From the sequence record DRR378314_837: a DNA stretch of 34,832 bases. One strand, written 5' to 3'. The position numbers and the translations under genes are program-made. Below, piece by piece: positions 1 to 8,304 of this stretch; the first letter of the stretch is position 1; each line of letters starts with the position of its first letter. The notes under the pieces are model-generated. The model saw only the letters and a program-made list of their open reading frames with translations. It was not told where the DNA came from and ran no database searches.

Positions 1-396
1 GCCGTACCACATGCCGAAGACGCCTTCGACTTGCCGCTCAGGATCTGTCTCTACCTGTTGGCAACCAAGCATCATGGTAGCGGCCAGGTCTTCGTTGATC
101 GCAGGAACAAAATCGATGTGATGCGCTTCCATAGCGGCTTTCGCCCGCCAAATTTCTTGGTCTACACCGCCTAAGGGCGAGCCACGATAGCCACTGATAA
201 GACCTGCCGTTTGGCGGCCATTGTGGCGATCAAGCTCGGCCTGACGTAAGGCGATCCGTACCAAGGCTTGGGTGCCAGTAAGAAAAATACGGCCTTCGCC
301 GCGGCTATAGCGGTCGGCCAGCTGATAATTATCGAGTGCGATCTCGAGAGGCTGGGTAATAGAACCCGCCTGCTCAGCAATTGAGGGGGTTGTCAT
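1..396 (-). CDS. Indolepyruvate:ferredoxin oxidoreductase family protein (fused type); only the N-terminal 132 aa are in the window
   Basis: Not in the ORF track. Manual translation from ATG at 396 gives MTTPSIAEQ...DRYSRGEGRIFLTGTQALVR...TAGLISGYRGSPLGGVDQ...FVPAINEDLAATMMLGCQQ...VEGVFGMWYG, open to the window edge. These are hallmark N-terminal motifs of proteobacterial fused IOR. Confidence 0.93.
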   Translation of the reverse strand, partial: MTTPSIAEQAGSITQPLEIALDNYQLADRYSRGEGRIFLTGTQALVRIALRQAELDRHNGRQTAGLISGYRGSPLGGVDQEIWRAKAAMEAHHIDFVPAINEDLAATMMLGCQQVETDPERQVEGVFGMWYG

Positions 397-573
397 GAGA
401 GTTCACCAGTACGGTTGAAGAGTTATGGTTGTAATACATTTGAGTCTAGCCAAGAGCGCACTAAAGGTGCTTGCTAATTAACTCTTCAAACGTCTGGTTA
501 TTAATCATTACTTTCATTTTTTTAGTTTTGACGCAATGATATTCAACAAACCACAAATAAATGAAATGGCACC

Positions 574-1056
574 ATGAAAGAAGCAATCAAAGAAATCACC
601 TTAGACAGACATGATCAGCGCATTCTCACCCTGCTTCAGCAACAGGGGCGTATTACCAACAATGAGCTCGCCGAACAGATCGGGCTCTCCCCCGCTGCCT
701 GCTGGCGACGCGTAAAAGCCCTGGAGGAGAGTGGCGTTATCCGCCGCTTTGCGGCGTTGGTGGAACCCAGCCTAGTGGGCCAACCACTATCAGCACTGGT
801 CATGGTGACGTTGGTTCGCCACCACATCGACAATACCGTCGAGTTCGAAAATCGCATTCTGCAATATCCAGAAGTGCTGCAGTGCTATGCCACCACCGGC
901 AACGCCGATTTCGTACTGCGGGTAGTGATCGAGGACATGGCGGCTTATGACCGATTTCTGAATGAAAAACTCTTCACCTTGGACGGTATCTCACAGGTCA
1001 GCTCCAATTTCGTGCTGCGTAATATCAAAGAAGAGACCGCTATCCCGATTCGTTGA
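574..1056 (+). CDS. Lrp/AsnC family transcriptional regulator, divergent from the IOR gene
   Basis: LDRHDQRILTLLQQQGRITNNELAEQIGLSPAACWRRVKALEESGVI HTH; C-terminal RAM domain (CYATTGNADFVLRV). Confidence 0.95.
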   Translation: MKEAIKEITLDRHDQRILTLLQQQGRITNNELAEQIGLSPAACWRRVKALEESGVIRRFAALVEPSLVGQPLSALVMVTLVRHHIDNTVEFENRILQYPEVLQCYATTGNADFVLRVVIEDMAAYDRFLNEKLFTLDGISQVSSNFVLRNIKEETAIPIR

Positions 1057-1287
1057 ATCAGCCGATTGAAACCACTAAGCCTTACTGTCCGTTAGAGCGA
1101 ACCTCCAAAACTTTAAAAATTAAGACTTAAGTATCAATTCAATCAACTTTAAATTAGTTGCTATTGAAACTATCCAAAGGCAAGGTAAGCGTTGTAACTT
1201 ACGCCACCTGAGAAGGCGCCACTTGCTCGGTGTTAGGCGTTACCAATAACAACACAGACGTTAATAACGTCGTTTTGGAGTTTCCGC

Positions 1288-2343
1288 ATGAAACAACCAG
1301 CTCGCTTACTCGTGGGAGCTATCGCGCTTTCCAGCATGGCGTTCAGCATGTCTTCATTTGCTCAGGCAACGATCACCGTGAGCACGTGGGGTGGGCCGAA
1401 TCACGGTATTAATACCATTGTTTGGCCGACCTGGAAGGCGTGGATAGAGGAAGCCACGGATGACCGTGTTACGGTAGAAGTGGTGCATGACATGGGGCCT
1501 CCTCCCGCACAAATGGAGATCGTTGCTGATGGCATTGCAGACGCCAGCTGGATTTTTCACGCCCATATGGCGGGTCGTTTTCTAGCCACGCAGCTACCTG
1601 AGTTCCCCACCTTTGAGGAGTTCTCTTCAGAAGATGCTTCGGCTGCCTATTGGCACACCCACCAAGAGTATTTGCAGCAAGCCAATGAGCACCGTGGTGT
1701 TGATGTCGTTGCGATGGGCGTACACGGGCCAGGGCAAATATTTACCCGTGACCAAATAAGCTCCATCGATGAGCTTGCTGGCAAACGGCTGCGCGTGGGC
1801 GGCGGAGTGATGAGTGGCTTAGCCGAGGCAATGTCAGTGACCGGGGTTTCCATTCCTCCGACAGGCACCTACGAAGCGGCCTCCCAGGGCGTTGTCGACG
1901 GTGCGATGCTAACGCTTGAGAGCTTGCGCAGCTTCCGCGTGGCTGAAGTGGCTCCGCACACCCTTACCGTAGACGGCGGTTTCTATCGCGGCAGCTTTGC
2001 GATTGTTATGAACCCGATGTTCTGGGACCAAGTGTCGGACGAAGACCGCGCGGCGATTGAAAGCGTATCGGGTGAGCGACTTTCACGCTTGTTTGGCTAC
2101 ATGATGGATGTTTCCGACCAGCGCGGCGTTGAATTTGGTGAAGAGAATGGCGCCACCTTTACCCAAGCATCGGAACAAGACATTGATTACCTGAGGGGCG
2201 TTGCTAGCAACTTACAAGATGCCTGGAGTGAGTCGATAAAGAGTCGTGGTGTTGACGCGCCTGCAGCACTTGCCTTCTTTCATGAACAGTTAGTCAATGC
2301 AGCGGCCGAAGAGCGTATCGAAGCGAGTGTTGTCAGTCACTGA
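1288..2343 (+). CDS. dctP: TRAP transporter substrate-binding protein (DctP family), no adjacent membrane subunits
   Basis: Signal peptide ending SFAQA; WIEEATDDRVTVEV; LAGKRLRVGGG with the carboxylate-binding Arg; YEAASQGVVDG; IVMNPMFWDQVS. GGAG RBS upstream. Confidence 0.9.
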   Translation: MKQPARLLVGAIALSSMAFSMSSFAQATITVSTWGGPNHGINTIVWPTWKAWIEEATDDRVTVEVVHDMGPPPAQMEIVADGIADASWIFHAHMAGRFLATQLPEFPTFEEFSSEDASAAYWHTHQEYLQQANEHRGVDVVAMGVHGPGQIFTRDQISSIDELAGKRLRVGGGVMSGLAEAMSVTGVSIPPTGTYEAASQGVVDGAMLTLESLRSFRVAEVAPHTLTVDGGFYRGSFAIVMNPMFWDQVSDEDRAAIESVSGERLSRLFGYMMDVSDQRGVEFGEENGATFTQASEQDIDYLRGVASNLQDAWSESIKSRGVDAPAALAFFHEQLVNAAAEERIEASVVSH

Positions 2344-2357
2344 GCCGCTTGATTAGA

Positions 2358-2394
2358 TGCTCTCGCCGCGGCCGTATAATAGGCGGCGAGAGCA
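2358..2394 (+). terminator. Hairpin after dctP, probable intrinsic terminator
   Basis: TGCTCTCGCCGC-N13-GCGGCGAGAGCA, a 12-bp perfect stem 14 nt after the stop; no clear U-tract. Confidence 0.6.
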
Positions 2395-2488
2395 GCACTC
2401 ACATTCTGATGACGCCCTATAAGCAGCTACTTTTCTATCACTTCCCTCCACTCCCTCCTCCCGCATCTCTGTTTCACTTGAAACCAAC

Positions 2489-2502
2489 TTGATCCGCGTC
2501 AA
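2489..2502 (+). promoter_or_regulatory. FNR/ANR-type box upstream of the DUF6455-like gene
   Basis: TTGATCCGCGTCAA versus consensus TTGAT-N4-ATCAA (1 mismatch), centred about 70 bp before the start codon. Confidence 0.65.
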
Positions 2503-2566
2503 GATAGTTTATCTCTCGTCGGTTGATACTGATGTCATCATCAAGAACCGCCGAGGGAGAATGACC

Positions 2567-3013
2567 ATGGATACTGCCCAACATACAGATACCACCTCTT
2601 GGTGGGGCCGCCTCACAGAGCGCTGCTATACAGCATCAACCGCGACGTTAGCCCGCAACATAAAGCAGCAAGCAGGCGCTAGCTATGATGCACTTATCAA
2701 CGACCTGGAAAGACCGCTAGAGCCACGCTTTGAGCAGGCAGTGGCAAGGCAGCTAGCAGCAGGCCAACCCGCTCATTTCAGCCCAGCCAAAACCTTAATG
2801 CCAGTTATGATGCAGCGCTTTGGGCTTAACGAGAGTGCGCTTGAAGAAGGCGGAGTGATCAATCATGCCGACTATGTTGCACTGCGTGACACCTGCAACG
2901 CCTGCGCAGCCGTTGGCGATTGTTGGAAAGCGATGCGGGCAAGTGCCGAGCTTGATGAGTGCCGTCGCTTATGCCCTAACGCCAATGCCTTTGATGCCTT
3001 AGCGGCACGCTAA
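2567..3013 (+). CDS. DUF6455-like Cys-rich hypothetical protein
   Basis: C-terminal MMQRFGL...CNACAAVGDCW...CRRLCPNANAF (CxxC-x5-C...CPN). GAGGGAG RBS favours ATG 2567 (alternative 2561) over the track start at 2489. Confidence 0.7.
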   Translation: MDTAQHTDTTSWWGRLTERCYTASTATLARNIKQQAGASYDALINDLERPLEPRFEQAVARQLAAGQPAHFSPAKTLMPVMMQRFGLNESALEEGGVINHADYVALRDTCNACAAVGDCWKAMRASAELDECRRLCPNANAFDALAAR

Positions 3014-3017
3014 TGCA

Positions 3018-3050
3018 AAGCGCTCCCATCGACTAGCGATGGGAGCGCTT
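3018..3050. terminator. Bidirectional terminator between convergent genes
   Basis: AAGCGCTCCCATCG-ACTAG-CGATGGGAGCGCTT, a 14-bp perfect stem between stops at 3013 and 3058. Confidence 0.85.
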
Positions 3051-3057
3051 AGGTAGC

Positions 3058-4518
3058 TTACGACGCTTGGTGACGCAGGCGCGGGCTAGCTAACTCTCCC
3101 ACCACGGTAATAACCACCAGCAGGGCTAGCAGCCACGGCCACTGAGTGCCTACTTGAAGGGTGGCAAGACCCAGCGCATCGATGAAAATTAACACGATGC
3201 CTAACGGGCTGACGTAACGCACCATAAACAGCCACAGCGTGTGTTGGGTACGGGAGAGCCCTAGCTCCTCTCTAAATAGCTCAGTACGCAGCAGGAAGCC
3301 TGCCATCAGCGCCGTACCTAAACCACCGAGCGGCATCATCCAACGGGAGGTCAGGTAATCCAGCCAATCGAAGAAAGTGCGGCCTGCCACCGTCCAATCC
3401 GCGCCCATATTGAACGACAGCATTGCCAAGGTGCTCACCAACCACAGCACGATGCCCACACCCCAGGATGCCCGTTTGCGCGTCATCCCTTTGCTGGCAA
3501 CGAGCCAAGCCACTGTCGCTTCGATCATTGAGATCGACGACGTAAGCGCGGCCATCGACAACATCACGAAGAACAGGACGCCAAACAGCGTACCAAACGG
3601 CATTGCTTGGAAGGCCAGGGGCAAGCTCATAAAGATCAACCCTGGCCCTTGGCCGGGATTCATTCCGTTAGCGAAAATAATCGGGAAAATAGCCAAGCCA
3701 GCCATCAGCGCGACAACGGTATCAGCAATGGCCACACTGAATGTCGTGCGTGCAATGGAGTGCCCTGCTGGCAGGTAAGAGCCGTAGGTAAGAATGGCAC
3801 CAGACGCGAGCGACAAGGTAAAGAAGGCATGCCCCAGTGCTGCTAAGAGCCCTTCACTGCTTAACCCTTCGGCATTGAAAGAAAACAGAAAAGACCAAGC
3901 TTCGGCAAAGCCACCAGAAAAAGCACCGTAGCCAATCAGTATGCCCAGCATGATCACCATGCCTGGCATCATCCAACTGACACTCTTTTCAATACCTGCT
4001 TGTACGCCCTTACCGACGATGAACATGGTTAGGACCGTCACTAGCGTGCTCCAGGCGCCTAACGTGAAAGGGTTGGCATTATTAGCGGCAAAAATTGCTG
4101 CCATATCATCGACGCTATTACCGGCCAGTCCGCCGCTCAGCAGTTTCCACAGATAGGAAAATGACCAGCCAGCGACGACCACATAGAACGATAGAATCAT
4201 GAAACCACACAGCATGGCCATCCAGCCAAATATCGACCAGAAACTGCCGCGCCCCGACTCATGCACCACTCGACGGATAGCATCAATCGGGCTGCCCCTG
4301 CCACGACGCCCGAAGCTGATTTCAGCCATCATGATAGGCACACCTACCGCCAATATGCAGGCCAAGTAGACCAGCACAAAAGCGCCACCTCCGAATTCGC
4401 CAGTAATGTAGGGAAATTTCCAGATATTACCCAGACCCACTGCAGAGCCAGTGGCTGCTAGCACAAACCCCCAGCGGCCCAGCCACAATGTTTTGGGGGG
4501 CGTATTTGTCGTTGTCAT
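3058..4518 (-). CDS. Sodium-dependent transporter, NSS/SNF family (probable amino acid symporter)
   Basis: GFVLAATGSAVGLGNIWKFPYITGEFGGGAFVLVY signature; AFFTLSLASGAILTYGSYL; GPGLIFMSLP; many TM segments. Confidence 0.95.
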   Translation of the reverse strand: MTTTNTPPKTLWLGRWGFVLAATGSAVGLGNIWKFPYITGEFGGGAFVLVYLACILAVGVPIMMAEISFGRRGRGSPIDAIRRVVHESGRGSFWSIFGWMAMLCGFMILSFYVVVAGWSFSYLWKLLSGGLAGNSVDDMAAIFAANNANPFTLGAWSTLVTVLTMFIVGKGVQAGIEKSVSWMMPGMVIMLGILIGYGAFSGGFAEAWSFLFSFNAEGLSSEGLLAALGHAFFTLSLASGAILTYGSYLPAGHSIARTTFSVAIADTVVALMAGLAIFPIIFANGMNPGQGPGLIFMSLPLAFQAMPFGTLFGVLFFVMLSMAALTSSISMIEATVAWLVASKGMTRKRASWGVGIVLWLVSTLAMLSFNMGADWTVAGRTFFDWLDYLTSRWMMPLGGLGTALMAGFLLRTELFREELGLSRTQHTLWLFMVRYVSPLGIVLIFIDALGLATLQVGTQWPWLLALLVVITVVGELASPRLRHQAS

Positions 4519-4733
4519 TGGGAAACCTTATAAATTTATATTGTTTTTTAGGCTATTTATTATGAGCAGCTAGAACAGCTACTTAAGAGCGATTAACTGC
4601 CTATAAAAGCCAACCAACTGCGGTCAATCAGTCATAAAGAGCAATCTATAAAGAGTCTATGGAGATAGCCATAGGGCAGGAATGGGGTTAAATCGCATTC
4701 GGCGAGGTGTTACCCGTAGAAGTGGCATAAAAC

Positions 4734-4751
4734 TGTAAAGAAATCGTTACA
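4734..4751. promoter_or_regulatory. PhhR/TyrR box 1
   Basis: TGTAAA-GAAATC-GTTACA versus TyrR consensus TGTAAA-N6-TTTACA (1 mismatch); lies beside phhR and upstream of the NSS gene. Confidence 0.75.
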
Positions 4752-4784
4752 CTCATAAAAAAATGCCGAAGCGTGGTGCCTCGC

Positions 4785-4823
4785 TGTTGTATTTTTCTGA
4801 CAAACTGTAAATAAATCGTGACA
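4785..4823. promoter_or_regulatory. PhhR/TyrR box 2 (4806-4823) with an adjacent weak box (4785-4802)
   Basis: TGTAAA-TAAATC-GTGACA, 16/18 identical to box 1, preceded by degenerate TGTTGT-ATTTTT-CTGACA. Confidence 0.65.
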
Positions 4824-4910
4824 GTTAATTTGCTTGCTACACGGCCTTTTTTAAGATTTTGCTTAAGTAGAGTCTTGAATACGGCTTCACGTGCTGTTCC
4901 AAGTACGCTT

Positions 4911-6473
4911 TCAAGTGCCGTCTTGAGCACCAATACCGTAACGCTTGAGTTTATTGGCAATGGTTGTGTGGGAAACACCCAGCCGCTTGCCTAACTGGCG
5001 GCTGGAGGGGTACTGCTGATACAGCGTACTCAAGATATTCTTTTCCACCTCGCCTAGCATGTCGCTCAAGCTTCCCTCTAATGGAATACCAGCAAGCTCA
5101 GGCGATACTTCACTGTGAGGAAGACGCAAATGCACCGGCTGAATGGCTTTCTCTTCACATAGCGACACCGCCTGGAACAACACATTTTCCAACTGACGCA
5201 CGTTGCCTGGCCAGTCGTAGCGGGTGATTTTTTCCAACGCAGCAGGTGAAAGCTCGGGCAAAGGGCAGCCTATCTGGCGCGCCGCACGATCAAGCACATA
5301 GCTCGCCAACTCTTCGATGCCGTCCAAACATTCACGTAAGGGAGGGACCTGCAGCAACAGCACATTAAGACGATGATAAAGATCCAGCCGAAACAGCCCG
5401 TCACTACACAGCTGCGGCAGGTTCTGTTGAGTGGCACAGATCACTCGGACATCCAGGAAGGTTTCCTCGTCGCTCCCCACTCGCCGGAAGCCGCCATCTT
5501 GAAGAAAACGCAACAGCTTTGTCTGCAGCCGTGGGCTCATTTCACCAACTTCATCGAGAAACACGGTGCCGCCTTCGTTAAGCTCCAAAAGGCCAAGCTT
5601 GCCTTCTGGCCGGGCGCCTTCAAAAGCACCGGGTGCGTAACCGAAAAGCTCTGTCTCGGCCATTGATTCTGGCAGCCCAGCACAGTTGAGCACCACAAAC
5701 GGCGCTTGCCCGCGGTGGCTTGCCAAATGACAGGCTCTGGCGACCAGTTCTTTCCCTGTCCCCGTTTCCCCTACAATCAGCAACGGGGCATCCAGTGGCG
5801 CCATGCGCCGCGCCTCATTGACCACGGCGGCCAATCGCGAACTCGACTGAAAGATAGCCTCAAAGCCACGCAGTTCCTGGCGCTGCACTTGATAAATACG
5901 TGCCCCGATACGGTCGGCACGGTGCAATGTCACCACCGCACCGGCTAATGAATCTACCTTAGTATCTTCGGTGTGCAGTGGCGCAATATCAGCGAGATAG
6001 GTATCGCCTTTCAGCTTGATCCGCAGCCCATTGATACGTGAGTTGTTGCGGCGAATCACCTCGGGAAGGTCGACTTCGTCAAGGTAACGGTCCAGCGATA
6101 GCCCTGGCACTTCTTGAACGCGCACCCCCAATACCTGAACGGCGATACGGTTGGCCGCTACAATGCGACCCTGCATATCTATCGACATAACGGGGTCAGA
6201 CAGCGAAGACAGCAATGCATCCAACTCCAAATGACGACGCTCGCTGGGCATCAAGCTCGCGCGTTTGACGCCAAAAACGCCCGGGATAGCTTCCAGTGCC
6301 GGCTTAAGCGTACTCAGTTGGGCATTAAGTAACTTCGGGACATGCAAATAGATGGTATTGCCCTGCTCGCCGCCAACTTCGCCCCGCGCGACATTTATGC
6401 GGTAGTCAGCAAACTGGGCCACTATATCGCGAAGAATGCCGATACGATTCTGACAATAAAATTTAAGACGCAT
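4911..6473 (-). CDS. phhR: PhhR/TyrR family aromatic amino acid-responsive regulator (ACT-PAS-AAA+-HTH)
   Basis: MRLKFYCQNRIGILRDI ACT start; GETGTGKE Walker A; ELFGYAPGAFEGA; FLDEVGE; WPGNVRQLEN; TyrR-type C-terminus YPSSRQLGKRLGVSHTTIANKLKRYGI. Start taken at ATG 6473. Confidence 0.92.
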   Translation of the reverse strand: MRLKFYCQNRIGILRDIVAQFADYRINVARGEVGGEQGNTIYLHVPKLLNAQLSTLKPALEAIPGVFGVKRASLMPSERRHLELDALLSSLSDPVMSIDMQGRIVAANRIAVQVLGVRVQEVPGLSLDRYLDEVDLPEVIRRNNSRINGLRIKLKGDTYLADIAPLHTEDTKVDSLAGAVVTLHRADRIGARIYQVQRQELRGFEAIFQSSSRLAAVVNEARRMAPLDAPLLIVGETGTGKELVARACHLASHRGQAPFVVLNCAGLPESMAETELFGYAPGAFEGARPEGKLGLLELNEGGTVFLDEVGEMSPRLQTKLLRFLQDGGFRRVGSDEETFLDVRVICATQQNLPQLCSDGLFRLDLYHRLNVLLLQVPPLRECLDGIEELASYVLDRAARQIGCPLPELSPAALEKITRYDWPGNVRQLENVLFQAVSLCEEKAIQPVHLRLPHSEVSPELAGIPLEGSLSDMLGEVEKNILSTLYQQYPSSRQLGKRLGVSHTTIANKLKRYGIGAQDGT

Positions 6474-6545
6474 AGAACCCTCACCGCACAAAACTAACGT
6501 AGCTACTTAGGCTTTGCCTGAAAAATCAGTGATTTCGGACATCGC

Positions 6546-7022
6546 CTAGCCACCACTCACCGGCAGCCCCTGCTCCTCTTTCATACTACGCAGTATGATT
6601 TCAGAGCGAACCTGGGTGACATTAGGATGAGGTAATAAATGGTGGTGAATAAAGTCTGAAAACTCGGTGAGGTCCTTGGCGATAACGTGCAATACATAGT
6701 CCGCATCCCCCGACACAGAATAAGCCTCACGCACCATGGCGTGCTTCGTCAGTAACGTTACAAAATCATCATCCATGCTCTCACCATGCGCTTTGAGATT
6801 AACGCGGGTGATCGCACGCAAGCCAAACCCCAGGCTGGAGGCATCAAGCCTCGCCGAATATCCCTTAATCACCCCTTCGGCTTCTAGCCGCGCTTTACGC
6901 CGGGAGCACTGAGAGGGAGACAAGCTAACCCGTTCTCCCAACTCTGAATTGGTGAGGGCTGAGTTCTTCTGCAACACTGATAAAATTGCAAGATCATATC
7001 GATCCAAAGAAATCCCGTGCAT
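6546..7022 (-). CDS. Lrp/AsnC family regulator divergent from hppD (HpdR-like)
   Basis: LDRYDLAILSVLQKNSALTNSELGERVSLSPSQCSRRKARLEAEGVI; AYSVSGDADYVLHV. Confidence 0.93.
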   Translation of the reverse strand: MHGISLDRYDLAILSVLQKNSALTNSELGERVSLSPSQCSRRKARLEAEGVIKGYSARLDASSLGFGLRAITRVNLKAHGESMDDDFVTLLTKHAMVREAYSVSGDADYVLHVIAKDLTEFSDFIHHHLLPHPNVTQVRSEIILRSMKEEQGLPVSGG

Positions 7023-7036
7023 AGAACACTCCAGTT

Positions 7037-7088
7037 GCGCACAAGCTGTGCGCTATTTGGCGATATCTTAGGTTAGTTTGCAACCTAA
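7037..7088. promoter_or_regulatory. Two perfect inverted repeats in the lrp/hppD divergent promoter (candidate operators)
   Basis: GCGCACA-AGC-TGTGCGC (7037-7053) and TTAGGTT-N7-AACCTAA (7068-7088). Confidence 0.4.
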
Positions 7089-7151
7089 TTGCACCGCCTC
7101 TTCCCTATACTGAGCTTGTTCACTTACAAGACAATAATAGGAGAGACAGCG

Positions 7152-8258
7152 ATGGGACCTTTTCCTCATGACGCGCCAAAAGTAACCATAAGCGATGCAA
7201 ACCCAGCGGGCACCGATGGTTTTGAATTTGTTGAATTTGCCCATCCTGAGCCGGAAAAATTAGACAGCCTGTTTCGGCAAATGGGCTTCGTCCCCGTTGC
7301 CAAGCACCGTGACAAGTCAATCACCGTTTATCGTCAGGGTGATATTAACTATCTGCTTAACAGCGAGCCTAACTCCCACGCGTCAGCGTTTATTGAGGCG
7401 CACGGCCCCTGTGCACCGGCCATGGCTTGGCGCGTTGTTGATGCTCAGCACGCCCTAAAACGTGCCGTTGAGTTAGGGGCTGAAGAGTTCACTGGCAATA
7501 AATCCATCGATGCGCCTGCAGTTGTTGGTATTGGCGGCTCGCTGCTTTACTTTATTGACACGTATGGCGAAAAAGGCAGCTGTTATTCAAATGAGTTTGA
7601 ATGGTTAGATGAGGTAAACCCTAAGCCTAAAGGGTTTGGCTTTTACTATCTTGACCACCTCACTCATAACGTTATTCGCGGCAATATGGACACGTGGTAT
7701 AAGTTTTATCACGACACCTTTAACTTCCGTGAAATACGCTACTTCGATATCACCGGTAAAGTAACCGGCCTTACTAGCCGCGCATTAACCTCTCCCGATG
7801 GCAAAATCCGTATTCCGATTAACGAGAGTGCCGACGATCACAGCCAAATTGAAGAGTACTTGCGCGAGTATAATGGCGAAGGTATTCAGCACATCGCCAT
7901 TGCAACGAACGATATTTATACCGGCACTGACTTAATCGCTGACGCGGGGCTTGAATTCATGCCTGGTCCGCCGAGCATCTATTATGAAAAATCGCTTGAG
8001 CGCGTAAAAGATCACCAGGAGCCTCTCGATAAACTCCGTAACCGTGGCATTTTGATTGATGGTGAAGGCGTTGTGGGCGGTGGCGAAACCAGAATTTTGC
8101 TACAGATTTTCTCAAAAACGGTGATTGGCCCGATCTTCTTCGAGTTTATCCAGCGTAAGGGCGATGATGGTTTTGGAGAGGGCAATTTTAAAGCTCTGTT
8201 CGAATCCATCGAAGAGGATCAAATTAACCGAGGCGTGTTGCAGAGTACTGCAGAATAG
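7152..8258 (+). CDS. hppD: 4-hydroxyphenylpyruvate dioxygenase
   Basis: NPAGTDGFEFVEF; LDHLTHNV; IRIPINE; GEGIQHIA; LLQIF...FFEFIQRKGDDGFGEGNFKALFESIE (His/His/Glu Fe triad). AGGAG RBS before ATG 7152. Confidence 0.97.
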   Translation: MGPFPHDAPKVTISDANPAGTDGFEFVEFAHPEPEKLDSLFRQMGFVPVAKHRDKSITVYRQGDINYLLNSEPNSHASAFIEAHGPCAPAMAWRVVDAQHALKRAVELGAEEFTGNKSIDAPAVVGIGGSLLYFIDTYGEKGSCYSNEFEWLDEVNPKPKGFGFYYLDHLTHNVIRGNMDTWYKFYHDTFNFREIRYFDITGKVTGLTSRALTSPDGKIRIPINESADDHSQIEEYLREYNGEGIQHIAIATNDIYTGTDLIADAGLEFMPGPPSIYYEKSLERVKDHQEPLDKLRNRGILIDGEGVVGGGETRILLQIFSKTVIGPIFFEFIQRKGDDGFGEGNFKALFESIEEDQINRGVLQSTAE

Positions 8259-8304
8259 CAAAAATGCTTAATAACATAATTAGCGCTGACGAAAAGGAAA
8301 CACT

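Noticed and set aside
171-380. Track ORF of 69 aa on the - strand
   Set aside because: It is an alternative frame inside the real IOR gene (1-396).
1244-1271. A-rich leader motif (AATAACAA) and small hairpin before dctP, with similar A-rich leaders before hppD, the AtoE gene and the TAXI gene, as Hfq/Crc-type sites
   Set aside because: These are short, low-complexity and common in leaders; they cannot be told from background without genome statistics.
4519-4733. Possible Phe/Tyr attenuator leader peptide before the NSS gene
   Set aside because: The short ORFs I read there (e.g. MAISIDSL) have no aromatic codon run, and no terminator/antiterminator pair is evident.
4596-4738. sigma54-like TGGC motifs upstream of the NSS gene (TGGCTTTTATAGGC on -, TGGCATAAAACTGT on +)
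   Set aside because: Spacing is not GG-N10-GC.
4688-4978. Track ORF of 96 aa spanning the phhR end and the intergenic region
   Set aside because: No recognisable motif or RBS; it overlaps phhR and runs through the PhhR boxes.
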